This document shows, piece by piece, positions 61,030 through 64,000 of a stretch of 64,000 nt of DNA. Below the pieces are notes generated by a model that was not told the origin of the DNA, did not search any database, and saw nothing but the letters and a program-made list of their open reading frames with translations. This DNA comes from Halichondria panicea (Eukaryota): positions 334,562 to 398,561 of the forward strand of contig NC_087378.1 in NCBI RefSeq assembly GCF_963675165.1, written 5' to 3'. Both the position numbers and the translations under genes were made by a program. How positions within the stretch are numbered: the stretch's first letter is position 1; every line of letters starts with the position of its first letter.

Positions 61030-62217
61030 ATGGCCACAAACAAGGTAAAGTACAAGACAGGTACATGCTTGTTGCTGCTGATTGGAATTCCTGGATGTGG
61101 AAAAACTACATTTTCAAGATTTTTGGCAGCTCATATGAGATCTGCAGCTCAGTTCCAATGGATTCCAGTAGTCGTTCATTTTGACGACTTTTATCCACCG
61201 GATCAGCGACAACACAACAAAAAATATGTAATTTGCATTCGTAATCATACAAAAATTAATTTTATTACCTCTTTGCAGGACAAGACACACTTTGTAATGA
61301 AGGATGCCCGTCTTAAAATTTTGACGTGCATTGAAAATTTTATCACTCTGAACAATTTAAGAGCTCCAACCGTTTCCAGTGAGTCCTCACAGTCTAGTCA
61401 GATTGCAGAGGCACCTCCATCAGCAGATAGCAGTACTGCAGATTGTTTTGAATTTGAATGGAGAATATTGATTGATTCCATTAGAGAACAGCTGATCCAT
61501 TCTCAAGTTAGAGTTGATAGAGATGGAAGGTATACGTTTGTGTTAATCTTATGCATGTGAGCTAATTGAATTACTGATTAGAATGATCTCTGAGGATTGC
61601 TCAAGAACAGTTGTTTTATTCCTGGATGACAATATGCCATTGAAGAGTATGAGATACGAATACTATCAACTTGCCAGAAAGTGTGAGTGCATAAAACCGC
61701 CTAATTTCACATGATTTGTGTTGAATGTTTCCTATAGACGGAATCGGGTTTGCTCAAGTTTGTGTGCAATGCTCCAGTGAAGTCGCTAAATTGCGGAATC
61801 TACATCGTCCATATCCAATACCTGATTCCACTATTGAGCACATGGAACGGAGTATGGAATATCCGGAACCAGACCAGAATCACTGGGAGAAACTGAGCAT
61901 CTGTATCAACAGTGATGGAGATATCACAATATTTACGCAAGAAGGATGGTATGTAAATTAATTGTCCTTAAAAACTGTATTTTCGGCTGATTTATACCAA
62001 ATTTATGTTGTCTCTCTCATGCAGTGGCAAGGTACTGCCTCTGATTGTGGAAGCACTGTGTACACCAGTGACACCACTGCCTCAACTAGATGCTGCATTA
62101 AGGGTAGGTATATGTATGCCTATATCATCAGGAGTGCATGAATCCTGCTATCATTGTGCAAGCCTTTGTCACGCATTTGTTGTACAAGAATATGTAAAAT
62201 TAGACTTAGATCAATAA
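61030..62217 (+). CDS. PSTK: L-seryl-tRNA(Sec) kinase (PSTK; selenocysteine biosynthesis) orthologue; ~5 exons
   Basis: The P-loop exon is MATNKVKYKTGTCLLLLIGIPGCGKTTFSRFLAAHM... (human PSTK ...GLCVLCGLPAAGKSTFARALAHRL). VVLFLDDNMPLKSMRYEYYQLARK matches LFLVLDDNFYYQSMRYEVYQLARKY. GFAQVCVQCSSEVAKLRN...PYPIPDSTIEHMERSMEYPEPDQNHWE matches GFCQLFLDCPLETCLQRN...PQALPPETIHLMGRKLEKPNPEKNAWE. Confidence 0.7.
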
Positions 62218-62302
62218 TTTATAAGTAGCACGCAAGCATGTACTGACATAATTATAATAACTCAATCAAGTCTATATAGGCTCTACAATCAATAATTAAA
62301 AG

Positions 62303-62617
62303 TCAGTTAGTTGGTGTAGAAATACTTTTCTTCAAGACAGAGCTCTGTTCAACAACAGCTTCAGCTACTGCTACCAATGTTTTCAACTGAGTCAGCTCTG
62401 TGACGGTGAAATGAATGTTGTATGTCTTCTTTAAGAAATCGGATAACTGCATAACGTTAATGGAGTCCAGACCCACTATCCCACTCTCTGCCCCCTCCTC
62501 TAAAGGGATCTCCGTGTCGTCCAACTCCTCTAGGGGGATGGGGATCTCCGTGTCATCCAGCTCCTTTCCCACTTGTTTGAGAATGGTTGACAGCACTTCT
62601 TTCTTTTGGTTTCCCAT
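62303..62617 (-). CDS. Terminal exon of the PKS-like gene: acyl-carrier-protein (phosphopantetheine-binding) domain
   Basis: The translation ...AESGIVGLDSINVMQLSDFLKKTYNIHFTVTELTQLKTLVAVAEAVVEQS... has the ACP LGxDS[IL] motif with the conserved Ser. The stop follows ...KSISTPTN. An upstream intron runs 62618-62836. Confidence 0.55.
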   Translation of the reverse strand: MGNQKKEVLSTILKQVGKELDDTEIPIPLEELDDTEIPLEEGAESGIVGLDSINVMQLSDFLKKTYNIHFTVTELTQLKTLVAVAEAVVEQSSVLKKSISTPTN

Positions 62618-62836
62618 CAGATCTTCACTGCTCTCCTCAACTGTCTATGGACAATGAACTTTTTTTTAGTAAATGCAGTGATTAATATGATTGTACATTT
62701 TAAAGTATATGTATGCACATTGTGTAATTGAAAGCACAGGCCGTACACAGGGTACTGTTGTGAATCAATTGTGGCAGATAAAAGGGAAATTAAGGCTTGT
62801 GGTCTTTGCAAGTCTGTAAGAATGCAATACCAATAA

Positions 62837-64000
62837 TCATACCTCTTTGAAGTTTGGGTTCTGGTTCCATAGAGCCTTGAGACAACTGTCAGTGAGTCCC
62901 CCCTGAGTCCTCATTCCCATTTTGATGCCCAGAGAGGAGGGGGAGGGCGGTGGTGCTCTCTGTGGTGGTGATGTCATGGAATCAGCTGATGCAGTTTGTG
63001 TGACGTAGCCAGACTCGTTGATCAGGGTTGTGTTGTCACTATAAGTGCTTGATTTGTATTTCCCCACTTTGTCCACAAGTGCTCGTAGTGGGTACTTCTC
63101 GTAAAATCGTGGCAGTGTGTGTTCAGGTCCTCTTGATGGCTTCTTAGTACATGACTTTAGTTGGAGGGCATCACTGAGGTTTCTCAACTCCATGCACTTT
63201 ACTCTGATGTATTGCGGGTCGCTCATCTTGGGGGGGCACTCTTTGTGGGCCATACTCATCACAATGTTTTTGTCCGGTAGAGATTGCTCAATCTCGGACA
63301 TTTGTTCAGATGCACAGTTCATTGTAAGGGTCAGTAAAGGTCTAGCATCACCGGTTTGACGTGCAATCATACCCAGTGCCTTGGTAAGAAATGTACTCTT
63401 TCTGTTACTTTCCCCTTTCAGCATGTTGAGGAATGCTCGAGCGTATTTTTCACTCTTGAGCTCTGTTTCGTAATGTACAGGGTGGAAAACTTTCTCCAGG
63501 ACACACGAGAATATACTTATTGAAGGCTGTGAGATAGCGTTTTGAATCTTGTTGATTGCTGGGTAGTTGCCAGACTTGTAGCTCCTGATAAAGTTCATTG
63601 CTTGACATATTTTCATCGCTCCAGCCAGAGACAAGGCTAAGATTTCTCCTATGATGCCAATTCCGCCTGCAATGTTGAATTTTGTTCCTAGAGACATAAG
63701 AAGACTAGCAGTTCCATACAATAGTTGGAAAGCAGCAATATGATTGGTCAACGCATCGAGTTTGAGAAGTGCTTTGCACGCTTGACTTGCTTGTCTAAAC
63801 TTTGGGAATGTGTCTTCAAGTGTTGAGATAGTTTTAGAGATCTCCGATAAATCATGTGAGCTTGACTCTGCCCCCAGGAACAAGAGACCACCCTCCACTC
63901 TGATCATGTGTGGGAGTACTGCATACTGTTGGAGGACAGCTGTAGCGTTGGTGCCTCCAAACCCAAAACAGTTCACGATCGCACATGCCTTCTCGGTAGC
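62837..64000 (-). CDS. Partial exon of a type I polyketide synthase / FAS-like gene (continues beyond window end): ketosynthase C-terminus followed by a degenerate acyltransferase-like region
   Basis: The reading frame is open to the window edge. ...TEKACAIVNCFGFGGTNATAVLQQY is the canonical KS C-terminal motif (SFGFGGTNAHVIL). A region with AT-like spacing follows: LLFLGAESS in the place of GQGSQ, IAGGIGIIGEILALSLAG in the place of GHSLGE (nucleophilic Ser absent), and EKVFHPV in the place of HAFHS. Then comes an ~130-aa S/P-rich linker ending in a splice donor. Confidence 0.55.
   Translation of the reverse strand, partial: ATEKACAIVNCFGFGGTNATAVLQQYAVLPHMIRVEGGLLFLGAESSSHDLSEISKTISTLEDTFPKFRQASQACKALLKLDALTNHIAAFQLLYGTASLLMSLGTKFNIAGGIGIIGEILALSLAGAMKICQAMNFIRSYKSGNYPAINKIQNAISQPSISIFSCVLEKVFHPVHYETELKSEKYARAFLNMLKGESNRKSTFLTKALGMIARQTGDARPLLTLTMNCASEQMSEIEQSLPDKNIVMSMAHKECPPKMSDPQYIRVKCMELRNLSDALQLKSCTKKPSRGPEHTLPRFYEKYPLRALVDKVGKYKSSTYSDNTTLINESGYVTQTASADSMTSPPQRAPPPSPSSLGIKMGMRTQGGLTDSCLKALWNQNPNFKEV

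Overview
This window is eukaryotic (metazoan) nuclear DNA, not prokaryotic. It is a compact, gene-dense segment with about 17 multi-exon protein-coding genes in 64 kb. Introns are short (about 80-1500 bp) with GT-AG boundaries (one likely GC-AG). (CA)n/(GT)n microsatellites are abundant, and there are several minisatellites, a MITE family and a tRNA-derived SINE family. No rRNA gene, canonical tRNA gene, CRISPR array or operon was found.

Genes identified by reading exon translations and comparing them with protein families from memory:
- NEDD1-like WD40 protein (-, 42-4310)
- a novel type I transmembrane protein with NPxY/YxN tail motifs (+, 4559-6806)
- LIM-domain-binding protein LDB/Chip (+, ~7691-11431)
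- condensin I subunit NCAPG (-, 12129-18591)
- Shootin-1-like coiled-coil/poly-Pro/actin-binding-motif protein (-, 19289-23256)
- Nanos (-, 24030-24924; the coding region carries one intron)
- enolase-4-like ENO4 (-, ~25560-28559)
- CFAP58 (+, 28717-33203)
- WDR6 (-, 33524-38502)
- DHX15/Prp43 helicase (+, 39943-46620)
- two small secreted Cys-containing proteins (+, 47145-47868 and 48979-49542)
- a short GAB/Dos-like PH-domain adaptor (+, 49954-52890)
- a single-Ig-domain type I transmembrane protein with a tandem-repeat basic tail (+, 53434-56843)
- PI4K type II (-, 57045-60922)
- phosphoseryl-tRNA(Sec) kinase PSTK (+, 61030-62217)
- the 3' part of a type-I polyketide-synthase-like gene (-, 62303 to beyond 64000; the visible part has a KS C-terminus, a degenerate AT-like region and an ACP)

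The most notable observations are:
- the PKS-like KS-AT(degenerate)-ACP gene at the window end;
- a 1.25 kb near-perfect inverted repeat that fills the divergent promoter between WDR6 and DHX15 and abuts the WDR6 ATG;
- a minisatellite in a DHX15 intron made of tandem copies of the upstream exon end plus its 5' splice site;
- two head-to-head gene pairs with only about 110-160 bp between start codons (ENO4/CFAP58 and PI4K2/PSTK);
- linkage in 64 kb of orthologues of genes that, as I recall, lie on human 10q24-q26 and its paralogous region 4p15;
- homopolymeric poly-C tracts acting as polypyrimidine tracts at several 3' splice sites.

All coordinates are approximate (a few bp at exon edges), and gene identities are from sequence reading and memory, not database searches.
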